A stretch of 64,000 nt of DNA, taken from assembly GCA_003971905.1 (NCBI GenBank), contig RSEE01000012.1:806001-870000 (forward strand), in the 5' to 3' direction. The number at the start of each line of letters is the position of its first letter. Position 1 is the first letter of the stretch. Position numbers and translations under genes: made by a program. Below, one piece after another: positions 23,565 through 36,565 of the stretch. Source of the stretch: Moniliella sp. 'wahieum'. Taxonomy: Eukaryota. A model generated the notes under the pieces. The model did not search any database. It was not told the origin of the DNA and saw only the letters and a list, made by a program, of their open reading frames with translations.

Positions 23565-23957
23565 ATGGCGGCCACTACCATCCCCATCGTCAAGAAGCGC
23601 ACCAAGAAGTTTACCCGCCACCATGCGGACCGCTACAAGCGTCTTGCCACCTCGTGGCGTAAGCCCAAGGGTATCGACTCGGTCGTCCGCCGCCGCTTCC
23701 GCGACGTGACCAAGATGCCCAAGATTGGGTACGGGTCGAACAAGAAGACGCGGTACCTGATGCCCAACGGCTTCCGTCGCTTCGTCGTGTCCAACCCGCA
23801 GGACGTGAGCTTGCTGCTGATGCACAACACGACCTACGCTGCGGAGATTGCGCACAACGTTTCTTCCAAGAAGCGTGTCCTGATTCTCGAGCAGGCCAAG
23901 GCCCTCGGCGTCAAGGTGACCAACGCCAACGCTCGCGTGCGCTCGGAGGAGAACTAA
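23565..23957 (+). CDS. RPL32: 60S ribosomal protein eL32; 5'UTR intron 23374-23559
   Basis: [46 protein letters not shown]; the ORF is intact. Confidence 0.99.
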   Translation: MAATTIPIVKKRTKKFTRHHADRYKRLATSWRKPKGIDSVVRRRFRDVTKMPKIGYGSNKKTRYLMPNGFRRFVVSNPQDVSLLLMHNTTYAAEIAHNVSSKKRVLILEQAKALGVKVTNANARVRSEEN

Positions 23958-24319
23958 ACCACCGTGGTTCCTTGGCTAGTGCCCCTGTTGAGCATGGTGA
24001 TGCCTCTCGCAACAGGATGCTCATGAGCCTATGTTCCTCCTCTGTACTCTGCCCCTACTCTTTGCATAGGATCCATGTATCCGTTGTGCTAAGGGTGGTT
24101 CGGCTGGCGTCACCAGCGTCAACCTTTGCTGTGGGTGCGCTCTTGTGCTGCGTTCTTATGCTTGCTTAGCGCCCATGCTCCAAAACGCCATGCGCACACT
24201 ATTGCTCAAAACATATGGCATTACACGCGCTCTTGTTGATGTTTCATAGTACCCTCGTTTCGTTCTCAGTTTGGCGCAGCAGGGATTGGCAACAGGAGAG
24301 AGAATGTGGGCATTGGGGG

Positions 24320-27300
24320 TCAAAAGCCGCCCAAGCGCCTCCGCTTGGCTGCGGGCTTCCGGGCACGGTTGGCATGAACACCCGGAACCGCTTGCGAGGC
24401 CGTGACGGGCTGCGACGAGGACAGAGCGGTGGGTTGAGAAGATAACTGTGGTCGGGCATTGCGCGTGGGCGCAGCGAGGTAGGGGTGGGCGCAAAGGCTT
24501 GCGGAACCTGAGTCTGAGCCAAGGCGCGGGAAGGGTGGCAAGCGGCCGCGAATGCGGTAGAGGCTGGCTCATGCTCACCATGTCCTCCCCCGGTGGACGG
24601 GGGGTGCGCGATTGGGAGCGAGGGGTCCGGCTCCGGTGCGGGGTTGGCGGGACTGAGGCCGAAGCCGAGCGTCGAGACGGGTTGGCAACGTCGTTAATCG
24701 CCGCAAATACTTCCTTTGCGTCCGGCCTGGGTAAATGGTAACCTGGATCTTGCCCGACCCCTCAGCCGGTCGTCCTCCGACAACGGGTCGGGCCAGTCTT
24801 GGAGGAGCAATGCCGCTGCCGAGTCGGCCGAGAGGGTAGGATGAGATTGTTTTGTCGATTTGGACCAGCCAGGGGTGGGCAGTGGTGAGCCCACGCCTGC
24901 CCATACGGTACTGGGTAGTCCGACGAGGCTCGGGGGGCATGCGAAACTCGCACTGGACTTGGGCCCGCTCCAGGGTAGAGCCAGCTTCGGAATAGGTACG
25001 ACGATCCCCAGACAGCTCGACCAGGGAGGAAGAAAGTTGCAGATCCCATTCGACCATCTGACGGGCCCAGCGTTCGGATGATGGACCTTCATCCGGGCCT
25101 ACGGACGAGACACCAACGCCCACGCTCTCGTCCACGGCTAACGGGGTCGTGTCGTGAGTGAATTCAAGAACGCAGCGCGTCCGCATAGCCTTCATGAACC
25201 GCCTCCGAGTCCGGACAGGAACGTATGGCAGGCAAGGTAATGCGCTAGCAGGGGCGCCGGGTGGGTCGATCAGGGAATGAATAAACTCGTACAGTAGCTT
25301 GGGGGCCCGACCCGTAGTTGACTGCGGCATCACTAACCCCTCGTCCTCGTCCAGACATGTGAGCAGCTCACCCAATGAAGTTGGATGGATTCCTGGCGCA
25401 GCCTCCACCAGGCGGCCTTGCAACGCGCTCATCCATATTCGGCTGTAATCCACTGTTCGTGCGCTGCTAGCTTGGGACGCTTTGGGAGGGCGGGAGCATA
25501 GTGAGGAGGACGTGTTGGCCTGGGGGGTGCATAGCATCTCAAGCTCCTCCAACAGATGTCCATCTGTTTCCGCCGACGGGGAGAGAGGGAAGGGTGCTTA
25601 GGCGCGGAGGGGGTCCAGCGCGTCCAGATCCGAGTTCGACCATCGGGAATGGGCTCCAGCTTCTCCGGTCCGTCATGCCAAAGTTCATACTCCCCCTCCA
25701 TACCTCCTCCTCCTCCTCCTCGTCCCTCGCAGGAAGAGGGGTAAGTTCGACAGCGTGCTCGTCCGATGAGCTAAACCGAGCACCGACACCGTGCCGTGTG
25801 AGCGAGCTGAAACAAAGGCATAAGGGCAATCGTACTCATCGCCCATCCGGGCGCCAAGGCAGCGAGAGGCAAAAGTAATGGTGCAGAGAAGGGCAAGAGA
25901 CCTTCAGGAAGAAGAGAAGGAACCTGGTACGTTCTCCCCCTTGGTGGACACAGTCCGTTCTGCGCGGCAGCCCAGTGGAAGGGGAGGGAGGAGGATAGGG
26001 GGTATAAGCGGTGAGAACGCGCGAGTAACGTGAGAGAGCAGGACATGATGATGAACCTCGTCCCCACCCTCTTCTACGCCCCAGTTCAAGTCATTGGTTG
26101 GGAGAGGAGGGAGTCGGCACCCGCTCTCCCTCGGCCTCTCTCCCTAATGGGTCGGCATCAGGCACAGTCCAACTCTCCTCGCATCCACGTCCTCCACTGC
26201 CAAAGGAAGTAGGGACAACGTCAAGGAAGGATCTGGTCCGCGCATATGATCCCATATCCGAAGGGGTCGCAAAGGAACATCCCTTCGGCCCCGAACGAGG
26301 GTAGGAGACACGTCGAGGCAGACCACTTCGGCCAAGGTAGAAATATAGACCAATCCCTTGATTGCGTTCCCTGCGCGGCGGGCCGGGGCACAGACGACAC
26401 TGGTCACTTGGTCTTGGCTCGCGATTGCCTTGTGCGGAGTGGCGAAATAGAGCAACGTCTGTTCCCACCGCTCCGTTAGCTCAGGGTCCCGGTGCTGTAG
26501 CAAAAGCACTTGCGAGGCGTTCCAGACCACAAAGGACCTCCCGGTCCCGCAAGGACATGCCATGGACTGTCCGAATCCGGCAACTCTCCGTCCATTTCAA
26601 TCCTTGATTCAAGAGGATCAGTAAGCACCACCACGCTAGCTTGCCCCCCTCGGTAACGAGAAGAGCACAGATGCCCGACGAAGACAGACCCAGAGCACAC
26701 CCACCCCAGGGGTCGGTTCCTACTCGCTGGCCCTGTACGTCGACGGGTAGGCCTCCATCAAAGTCCATCAGGTCCACCGAAGAGAGTAGAGTGGAAATCC
26801 CTTGGTGCGGATACGGCGTGACGAGTTACGCACGACGCTGGCCAAGAGGAGCTTGTTGCGCGTTTGCACCATGAGCCAGGGGCGAGGAAACTTGGGGAAG
26901 GGAGAGGGTTGGGTGTCATGGGCTGAGCATATCTGCACGGAATGAATGGGTAGGCGGAACACATGCGAAGGGATGGCGCTGGCATGGAGAACAAATCCAT
27001 CCTTGGGTCCTTCCGCCTCTGGATCCTTATCCGGGTCGCCATCCAAGGGGGCGAGAAGACCCTGGTTGTCATCTTGGCCCTCGTCTTCGTCTTCGTCGGA
27101 CCGGGCCATGGGCTTGGAGAGGGAATTAACAAAAAGCATATTACGCCCAGGCCCCCCGACATGAACCGAGATTAACTCGCCCTCGCACAGGCCCACAGCC
27201 AGATGAGAAGGCATGCCCAAGTCGCGTTTGGGCGCGGCAGGCACGGCGCGCTCCCCGTGCTTGGCGCGCCTCTGCGAAAAGTAGTGTTTGCGCAAAGCGA

Positions 27301-27930
27301 GCAGGGGATCCGTCGCACATCGGGAGGAAGATTCACATCGGTGTCGGTGTGAAATGCAGAGTCCGACTCGGGAGCCGAATCGACCGAAGCAACGGGCTCC
27401 GGCAACGACGTCTCGACGCTTTGCGCGACAACCACTGGCAAGGCCGGCGTAGAGTCGACCAGCAACTCTAGTGGCACCCCCGACGCCGAAGCGGCATTTA
27501 GGACAGCAGCAATGCCGTCTTCTGGTGTCCCATCCAGACTGGTGGTGCCTGGGAAGATGACGGCAGGCTTAAACACGGCCGTGTTGGCATCGTCACGGTC
27601 GCGCAGCAATCAAGTTGGGGCTCGCGCTGAACGTCAGCACACCATGCCAAAAATCGCCTAGCCGCTCAGTGCAGAATCGGTGCAACTCGAGAGGAGAGGC
27701 CGAGGTGAGGATTTCAGCTTGTCTCTGGGAGTAGTTGTCAAGATTGCGTGGTGAAAAGGTATCACGACAGATTGTGGCTTCACGATCGTACAGCTCCACG
27801 AGCTCTGTTATTCTCAGTTCGATTCTGGGCGCAGTCACTTTTTGCATTTTTTCTTTTGATTTCGCCTTGGTGCCATAAAACAGTGAATGGTCCCACGCAC
27901 TCAACACGTTCCATGTGTTTTGGACAGCAT
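24320..27930 (-). CDS. RRN6: RNA polymerase I core factor subunit Rrn6-like (many frameshifts; start uncertain)
   Basis: Propeller-like segments FRLPIHSVQI...LMVQT and STLAEVVCLD...PLRPLRIWDHMRGPDPSL; QMVEWDLQLS; characteristic tail SQAVPGVHANR...KRRRLGGF*. Confidence 0.7.
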
Positions 27931-28102
27931 CTACGAACTAGCTGAGTCAGACAGACTGCAGGATATAGGGCATCTTTTGCATACAGAATGAATGAAGCGC
28001 ATGAGGGAAGAGGGAAGTACGGGTGGGATTTGGTATGGCAAGGACTGGTACCGGGTTACCAGCCTATCCAATCCCATGCTGGGCAAGCGATACCACAGCC
28101 GT

Positions 28103-29130
28103 TTACTCCTCAGAGTTGGCGTCGCGGATGAGTAGTCACCCTTCTTGGAGTCCTCAATAAGGTTCTTGACCTTTTATATACCAAGAAGACAACCGACTGA
28201 CCCGGAGCAACCCGCATGACACGAGGCGTGATGCCCTTCCAGAAGGCCGGGCCCTCGTTCTTAAACATGTCGCAGCAACCTTGGACACACGACTAAACGC
28301 TGTTTCCCCCTCAATCCGTTGGGCCTTTTGAATGCGTGTCTTGATCGTATCAATGGGTGCGTTGGTAAACGGACCGAGCGCACCGGAAATGAGACCGATG
28401 ATCATGGTCTGGTACCCGGCAACACCTCGACGCCTTGTTGTTTTTGAGCAAAGGACTTGAGTTCTTGGTATGCGGGAAGTTGGCGGCGGTTGGTGGCCTG
28501 GCGCAACGCGGTCAGCCCCACGCCGCGGTACAACGTTGCAGGGCCTTCTTCCTTGACAATCGTGTAGAGTGCATGGGCCGCGTTCCGGTATCGTGGGCTG
28601 CTCGAGCGGATCGGCGAGAGAATGCTGCTGCGCTTGAAGACGAATTTTGACCACCTCCATGGGGTTGACCACCACAACTGCTTCCGTTGCACCAGCCATC
28701 AGACCGGCAAGGAAAACGTTGCGAGGCGCCGTCACGCCTGTTTGCTTGTCGGCCAGCCAAGACTTGTACTCGGCAAAGGAGAAGAAGCGGACTGCCATCT
28801 TGGGTACAATGCCCGTTACCACAGCGCCCAAGCCCTTGTAGAGACCGAGAACTGTCTCCTTTTAACAATGTGCACACCCGTTGCAATGAACCCGCGCGGC
28901 TTGCCCTTGCCGCGACGGCTGAGCTGCATGCGCACCTTGATCGTGTCGAGAGCGGAAGGGTGCGTGTCAGCAAGTGTGGACAATGCAGTGATGGGCAGCG
29001 CGGAGAGGAAACGGGAAGAGGTAAGAAACGGGACCAAACGTACGGTGGCATGTGATGGCCTCCGAGAAGCCGGCGATGCCACCGGCAATGAGGGAGTGGA
29101 GGGAGCGACCTTCTTGGCGTCTTTGGACAT
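28103..29130 (-). CDS. SFC1: Mitochondrial succinate/fumarate carrier (intron about 28951-29042; indels)
   Basis: LIAGGIAG..EA; LDTIKVRMQLS; GAVVTGIVPKMAVRF; VNPMEVVKIRLQAQQHSLADP; RYRNAAHA; NAPIDTIKTRIQ. Confidence 0.93.
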
Positions 29131-29915
29131 GTCGGGCAGGCGTAGGAGTAGGGGGGAGGAGAGGGTGGTGGGGGAAAGAGAAGGGGAGCGGAGAAGACAA
29201 AAGGAGGGAAAGACGGAGGCGGGAATGCTATTATACCCTTGGGGGGGCGCTGGTTCCGGGTGAGTACTCAGACTGAGTGCTGCGAGTACTTGGGGACCAG
29301 AGTGGCTGGCTCTGACGCACTCTGAAGAGTGTTGGTACGCCGAGGCCCAGACGGCGGCATGGAGCCGTCGCGTGAGAGAGACGAGTGTCGCGCTGCCGGC
29401 GGCAGCTTCCCGTCGAGCGGAGCAGCGGCGCTACCTGGAGCCCCGCGGGACGAGTGTCCGCATCTGGTGTGGGATCGCCCGGATCCGTGCCGGCGGCCAG
29501 ACTGCCCCCACGCCAGCACGGCCCCTCCACCGGCAGCCGGATGTGACATGTGCGGCAGCACTGCACCAGTCACGGTAACCTCCCAGGTGGTCTCCGGCCC
29601 GCCCGGGCCCGGCCTTTCCGGCAGCGGAATGCGACAGATGGGTGAGCTCAGTCTGCGCTCTGAATCGGATCTGACGCCATGGGGCGCCCAAGCTTGCGAC
29701 CGAGCTGGGATACACTACCTGCACTACCTCCACGTGTTCAGCTTGAACGTTCAACCTGAACGTTCACTCGATGGGATGCATGTGATGAGCATGTGATGCA
29801 CGACGCAGCAATGCACGTCGCGTCTTGGAACCTTAGTTCGGCCTTAGGCCTTATAGCCCTCCCAGCACCACCTGGTCTGGGGCGTCGTCTGTCCTCCCCC
29901 TCAGGACTCGCAGCC

Positions 29916-32804
29916 TCAGATGCCCAATGCCGTCGTCCCCGTCGTTCCCGCACGCGCGCCCGATTGGCCCACCCCCTTCGCCGTTGTCCCGCCCAACACC
30001 ATGTTCTGCAGCTGCTTGGCGTCGAGTCCATGGCCATTCCGTCCTGCTTCTGCCCCGCCGTTGGGAGCATCCACCGCAGCGCCCGCACCAGGCGCCCCCG
30101 AATCGTGGGCCTGGTGCGCCGCTTGCTCAAAAGCATGGTTCCCAGGTGCGGGTCCCAGCGGTCCGGTGTCCGCGTTGGTGGGGGAGGAGGAGGGCAGAGG
30201 ACCAGGTGGTGTGGTGGTTGGATGCGGGTCGACCAAAGACAACTCGGCCGTTCGCACCACTGGCGGCCAAGCACGGTACTCGGTGGTAGAAGCGGGGAAG
30301 TTGATGCAGTCCAAGTCCCAGGTTTGTCGCAGGCGAACGGCCATGCACCTATCCCGCGTCCATTCCCCGGCCGAGATGAGTGGACTGAGCCGCCAAAACA
30401 TCCATAGTCCCAGCACGACCAGGCTCACGGTGAGGTACACTCGCAGCCGCGGCTTGAGGCGGACAGTGACAGTGTCCAGCACTGTGGCGGCGGTGAGAAT
30501 GCCAAAGTAGAGGGCGGGTAGGTAATGATGCAGGAAGAGTTGGCGTTGCATGGCAAAGAAAGGGAGGTAATGCAGCAAGTAACCCGCTACCAAGAAGGCG
30601 AGGAAGCCATCGTAGTGCGCCACAAGCGCCGGGTCCAGGTCGGTGGTATGCCCCCGCTTGGCACGTAGAATCAACAGCGCCCGTGCTGCCAGGTACACCC
30701 CGACGGACGCCACGGCGCTAAACCAAACCAAGGGATTGCCCAACAGGTACACTTGGCGATGCTGCAGCGACCAATAGTTGACCCCACGCCGCAAAAACGG
30801 CCACTGCTGAGGCCGGGACTGGTAGGTGTGATGAGCAGTGATACCGGCGTTGGTGGTCCACATGACTTTTTGAAGTTCGACAAATTTGGCCCAAAAGGAA
30901 GGGACGGGGTAGTTGATTCGCTCGGTGTGAACATCTTGCTCGAGCAAAGGATGAAAGTTGGTCTCAATGTAAAAGAGGGAATTGGGACGGGTAGGCCACT
31001 GATTGCAGGTCACTTCTTGCTGGCCAAATCCCCAGTCGGGTAGGGCAACTTTGTGGCTAAACAGGTAACAGCCCAACGAGGCATGGCGCAAGCGGAAGAC
31101 GGTACGGAGCGCTTGGACCTGCTTTCGCGCTCGGCCCGCGATCGTCTCGGTTGGATCAATGACCACGATCCAATTGTCGTTGCCATCGCCAAACCCAGGG
31201 GAGCCATAGGCCGAGACTTCATGTTGATAATCCGCATCTGTCACGGGCGCCCGGACCTTATGCGAATGGAGGTGAGCGTCGGAGGCCCGATGGACCAGAC
31301 GCACGGCTGCCCCGTCGTAGAGCCAATCCAGCCGGCTCAAATGCTTCTCCACTTCGCGAGGCGAACCAGGGGGGAGCGTGAGGGGAAACCCGTCGGCGTC
31401 CACAGGCCCGTCCGACGAAGGTGCAGCGACGATTTCCCACACATTGTTGTCGTCCTCGTGGGGGTAGAGGGTGACTTGTTGCTGCTCAGAGCCAGTTTTA
31501 TAGTGGAAGGGGTGCGAGTGAAGGTACCCGCCGCGCGTATGGATATGCCGGATGGTGACAGAGCTACCAAGTGCGACTGGCACGTACGTGTCGCTCATCG
31601 CCCGTCCATGGAGTGTATGTTGGAATACAGGCGACATGAACCCGTCCCCATCGCCCGAACGATTGAGGATAGCAAAGTGGATCCAGAACGTCGAAGCATA
31701 AATGGTGAGGGGGACGACAAGGAGCGCCCCAGCTCGAGCGACAAAGTGTCGCCACAGATCCCATACAGAACTGCGGCGATCAGCGAGGCGCAGCCAGAGT
31801 TGCATGATTGTCGCCACCCCAATGGTAGCGACCGTGAAAAGCCCGACCCACTTTACGCTCAATACAAGCCCAAGCGAAACCCCAGTCGCCAGGAGCCAAC
31901 CCCACCAGGCCCGCGTAAAAGGGCGACGAGCATCCTCCTTGCCAAAGCATACCCAGCAGAGAACAGTAGTAGCAGTAAAGAGCACCAGTGGGGCGTCTAG
32001 GAAAATGTACCGACTGTGGGTCGCCAGTGCATTGTCCAGCAACACAAAACATGTGCCCACCAAGGCCGACCCAGTCCGCACTCCCGCCGCTCGAAGGGTG
32101 ATGAAAGCTACTGGGACCAGCAACCACCCACACAAGGCCGATACGAACCGCATCCCGACGTAGGGCACCGGCTGGCCAGACCGTTCTCCAACAATGTACT
32201 CATTGCCAATGTCACCAAAATCAAACTGGCCATCGTATCCCCCCAGGTACGCAGCCAGGGCGATCATAAGTTTGGCGAGAGGCGGATGCACATCGATAAA
32301 GAACTGGCGACGGATGTACTGGCTGGCAAACCCGCCGAAATGAACCTCGTCAAACCTGTTTTCGTAGCCGAGTGTCAGCCCCTGTGTCCGTCTTTTACTC
32401 GGTGCCTGCTAGGAGGAGGAAGGGGGGACTTACACAACGCTGCTCGGGCGGTCGAGATGAGAGAAACGAAAGAAAGCGGCAACGATTGCGATGGCAACGA
32501 CAAGACGCCATTCCATGTGCGCAAGAGCGGTAGTGCCGAATGAAGTAAACCCAGACGACGATGACGAAAACATTTGTGCCAGTCCCGGGAGATAAGTAGA
32601 CCCGCTGTGGTGGCTTGGAGGGTAGGCATCTGGCTTTTCCGGTTCTTCTTCCTGGGGCGAAAGCAGACCCGCTTCGATGATGGCGTCAGCGTCGTTCAAC
32701 TCCGAGGGAAAGGTGGGTTGAGATACGGCGCGCAGAGACCCAGCTCCCCGTGCGGAGGCTAAGTGCGTCCTCGCACGCACCGCCTGTGCCGTCGAAAACG
32801 ACAT
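29916..32804 (-). CDS. PMT1: Dol-P-Man:protein O-mannosyltransferase, PMT1 subfamily (intron 32356-32433)
   Basis: VV|FDEVHFGGFA...DVHPPLAKL; SVKWVGLFT; MIR domains with GSEQQQVTLYPHEDDNN (PMT1-type); LPDWGFGQQEVTC; RQLFLHHYLPALYF. Confidence 0.95.
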
Positions 32805-33210
32805 GGAGAGTGACTAGTGAGAGGAGCAAAATGGAAATGGCCACCAAAGGAAAAGAGGCAAGAGGTGCCGAAGGCGAGCTACTGTGGCTACAAATCAGCA
32901 GCCAGAAGGTAGGCTACCAGTAGCACATAAAGCACATCAGTCACTCGGCCACGCATGGGTGATGTGTGATTTGAGGTTTATCACTTGCTGCTTCTTGGTT
33001 TCTGCGTCGGTGTAGCAACAGCGCAGCAACCCTTCACGTGCGAGTCCGCTGGTGCCAGCAAGATCCCAGGCCAAGGAGGGAATGGGTTATGCATCTTTCC
33101 GGGCATGTCCGAAAGGGATACCCGCTTGCCCTGCACACAGGGCTAGGGCAAGCTAAGGCCCAAGTAGGTGATTAATGATTGTCTTTCTTTTGCTCGTGTG
33201 AGTTACTGGA

Positions 33211-33823
33211 TTACGGTTTGCGACGGCCGAGAAACAGTAGGGAACCATACACGGATCTTTCCCTTGAGGTCTCCATAGATGGGCAAAGCAGCGTCCAGGG
33301 CGGCACAGAGAATGGAGCAGGCCGGGGGGGGCACAAAACGTGGCAAAGGCAAGCCGATACCACCAAAGATATGTGTTGCAAGACATTCCAGCCAGGTTTC
33401 GCAAGAGGATCAGGTTTACCGGTTCGGGTCGCTGGCCAGCTGTTCAGCCTGTACAGCATGTTCTCGTTCGCGAGCACGGTCGGAGGTCTGGACAATCGGA
33501 GCCGACCTGCGGAATCGTTGGCGCATGTCGAGGATGCCGCGTTCAGCACGCCACGTAGGAGCGGTAGACGTTTGAGGGATTCGGTAGACATTTCGTCCTT
33601 ATGATGCCGGAGACAGTCGCTGGGCTTGATTCCGTCGTGCTAGACGCATGGACCGGCCATCAGTCACTCGGCCAGTGCGTCCCGCACGTCCTTGCACTGG
33701 AGGTGGCACAACAAGCGCGAGGTGGGCAGGTCAAGTGGGAACGGTGCAGGTGCGGCAGCCACAGATGGCAGGGCCATGAAAAAGGCAGTGATGGCGAGGA
33801 GGCCAGCGAGGGCCAGTGGCCAT
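33211..33823 (-). CDS. Possible small secreted protein (fragmented reading frame)
   Basis: Signal-peptide-like LALAGLLAITAFFMALPSVAA-APAP lies one base out of frame with the ATG at 33823. A TATA-like element sits at about 33930, and ORF 33211-33591 follows. Confidence 0.25.
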
Positions 33824-34414
33824 CAGGGTGGCTACCAGTGGGTCCTCGTTGCCGCTGGGGGCTTCGGGCGTATTTGGCCACTTGGGCCGGAGCAGCCAGC
33901 CTGACGGTGGCTTATAACAAGAGCAGCTGCTATAATATACCTGGGCAGCGTAGGCCGCAAGCAGCGAGCGGGGCGGAATCTGCCAGCGGAACGCCCCCGG
34001 CATGAAGGTGCAATCACAATGGCTAGATCGGGGGGCGGTACAATGTGCCGAGTACCTGAGTGAGAATCGATGACAGCCCGCCGATGGCATCCACCTCCAA
34101 TCGCCTCTGTTGGGCTCGGGCGACGGCGGGAGCAACTTTTTGTACACGCGCGTTGCGTTGAGTAGCGCTGCCGGGTGTGGCGTTTGGCATCAACCATCAC
34201 CACCGTCCTAGTCCTCGCTCCAAATACCGGCTTGCTCGATCAGGGCGAGGTAGCTGTGTGAGAAGCAGGCTCACTCCAACTCCAAACAAGAGGCATCATT
34301 AATTCGGAAAACACTATAGAGAAAGCGAGGCACTCTTGTTGGCAAAGCCAAAGAAGTGAAAGCGACGCACTGCGGGTCGGGGTCAAGCATCAAGCAATGG
34401 AGAGAGCAGGGAGG

Positions 34415-36565
34415 TTAGCCGCGTTGGGCCAGATGGCCCATGGGCCCATGGGCATTGTAGTCCAAGTGCACATAGGCACGCTCCACGTCCGTCAAGCACT
34501 CCAGCGCAAACGTCAACACCTCTCCCACGTCATGCGCCTCCTTGAGAGAGATGTCGTAGGGCAACACCACATCCGCCTCGATGATCATCCCGTCCCCCGC
34601 GTGGTACACCTCCAACCCCGACACCGACTCGACATCCTTGAAGCGCGTGACGAGGTACAATGCCCGAGCAATCTCCTCCGAACCGCACGCCTTGCCGCTC
34701 AACTTGGTGACTTGTTCCATCAACGTCTCGAGCCACTCGTGAATAATGTAAAGCGACAGCAGAATGCCACCAGGGGTCCAAGACAGAGGTGCCCAAAAAC
34801 TGGCCTAAACGAGGGAAGATGAGAGAGACAATATTGAAGATCACGTCGTTCTCAGCGTCTGGGCGAGAAAAAAGGCACAGTCAATAACAAGTCCAGGGCA
34901 AGGGGGATCAAGCTAGTCGACGTACCTTGCGCCACAGCACGAACACCACTGGAACGACTAGTGCGATACGCGATCCACATGAACGCCTTGAGTACAATCG
35001 TGACCAACATCACCACAACCGCCAACCCGACCAACGGCAAGCTAGGCACCTCTTCCGAGTCACCATGAAGCGCTGCCCACAGGCGTTGGATGGACTCGAG
35101 CAAAACTTGGAGGAAAGAGCCACACATAAGTACTGAAAAGATTACCACACCCAGTGGCTCAAACCTGACCTCAAAGAGATTAGCCGTCTCATCACAGCAA
35201 CATGAGAAGCAGATAGCGGGGGACTGAGAAGAGGCGAGGGGCATACCTTCGTTTGCCAACAGGATACTTGTACACTGTTTGGAACGAGCGATGCGCAATC
35301 AGACGCGAGGTACCGAAGATGATCAAGGTGGAGAGCAAGTCGAGCGCCGAGTCGACCAAGCTGGCAAACAGCGAGATGGAGCGCGACGAGAGGCAGGCCA
35401 AAACTTTTCCCAAACAATGCCACATTCGCCGCCAAATTGATATTGATCGCAAACTGAATCTGCGCCTCGGACGCCTCGTCCTTCTCGGCTAGACCTGGCA
35501 CATGGGCCATCAACCGTCGCCGTTCCTGCTCCCGCTTTCCATCCGGGTTGCCCACATGGGCCAGGATGCTCGCCTCGGGCGCCGGAATAGGGGCAGGACC
35601 ATCCTCCCATTCACTCGATTCGGGATCCACCTCATGAGGAGAGGGCGGCACAGTGGAGTCGGCCTCCGATTCGGGTTCGGCCGACAGGACAAGGTCGTTG
35701 CTCGCTTTCGCATCTTGGTTCGAGGAACCGGCGGGGGCAGATTCGTTGGGCATCTCAATCACGGTGTCTTGGGGCGCGTCGGAAGCTAGGGTCCAGGTAC
35801 CAAACAGATCCGCCAACGTTTTGCCACTGTAGCGCCGACTCTTGTGGGTCAAACATTGCTCGGCCGCGCCCACTCCATCGCCATCCTCCAATAGCGCCCC
35901 GTACTGTTCCGCCGCGGGAGCCTGGGCTGTGGATTGGGCCAATGGCAACAGCGCCTTACGTTCCGGCGATGTGCCGGGCGACATAGACGCATCTCGTCCG
36001 TTTCCACGAGCCGAGATGGATTTACTTCTGCCACCCACATTGAACTCCAACGCCGACGATGGCGAGGCAGGAACTTGGGGCGTAGGGGTATAAAACTTGA
36101 CGGCCTTACGAGCCTGTTTGCGCTCTGCGCTCTTCTTGACCTGGTCCTTGGACGCAAAACGTTGCAAGATGGCCGCAGGAAACGGAGAAACAGGATCACG
36201 TCCACCTCATTCCACGAATCCAGAATGGCATTCTGCCGCGCATAAAACCAGCCCAGCATCGTGCCTTTCCTCTTGGCATTGATCGCCGCCAAGGCCTCGT
36301 CGTCTTTTCGCGCCCACTCGTATTCCCCCTCCCGACCTTCGAGCAACTTGTGCAACGCAGCCAGGTCCGCTAGACTTCCGGAGCGCGAGTGCAACGCAGG
36401 GGCAAACGTGCTGGACCCAGCGACGGTCGTATCGCGCCGCGTGGCCGAGTCGAGGTAGAGTTGCTGCATGTTGGGCATGTTGCGCGAGGAGGAGACGAAC
36501 TTGTTGATCGACGACCGGCCCCCGGGCGGCGTGGGCGGTCGGGCAGCATGGTTGGCGTAGGACAT
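34415..36565 (-). CDS. Cation diffusion facilitator transporter, Mn-CDF (MTP8-11-like); introns about 34859-34926 and 35166-35246
   Basis: FYARQNAIL; ASLVDSALDLLS (DxxxD); YPVGKRR|FEPLGVVIFSVLM; DAENDV; EADVVLP...LKEAHDVGE; VERAYVHLDY. Confidence 0.92.
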
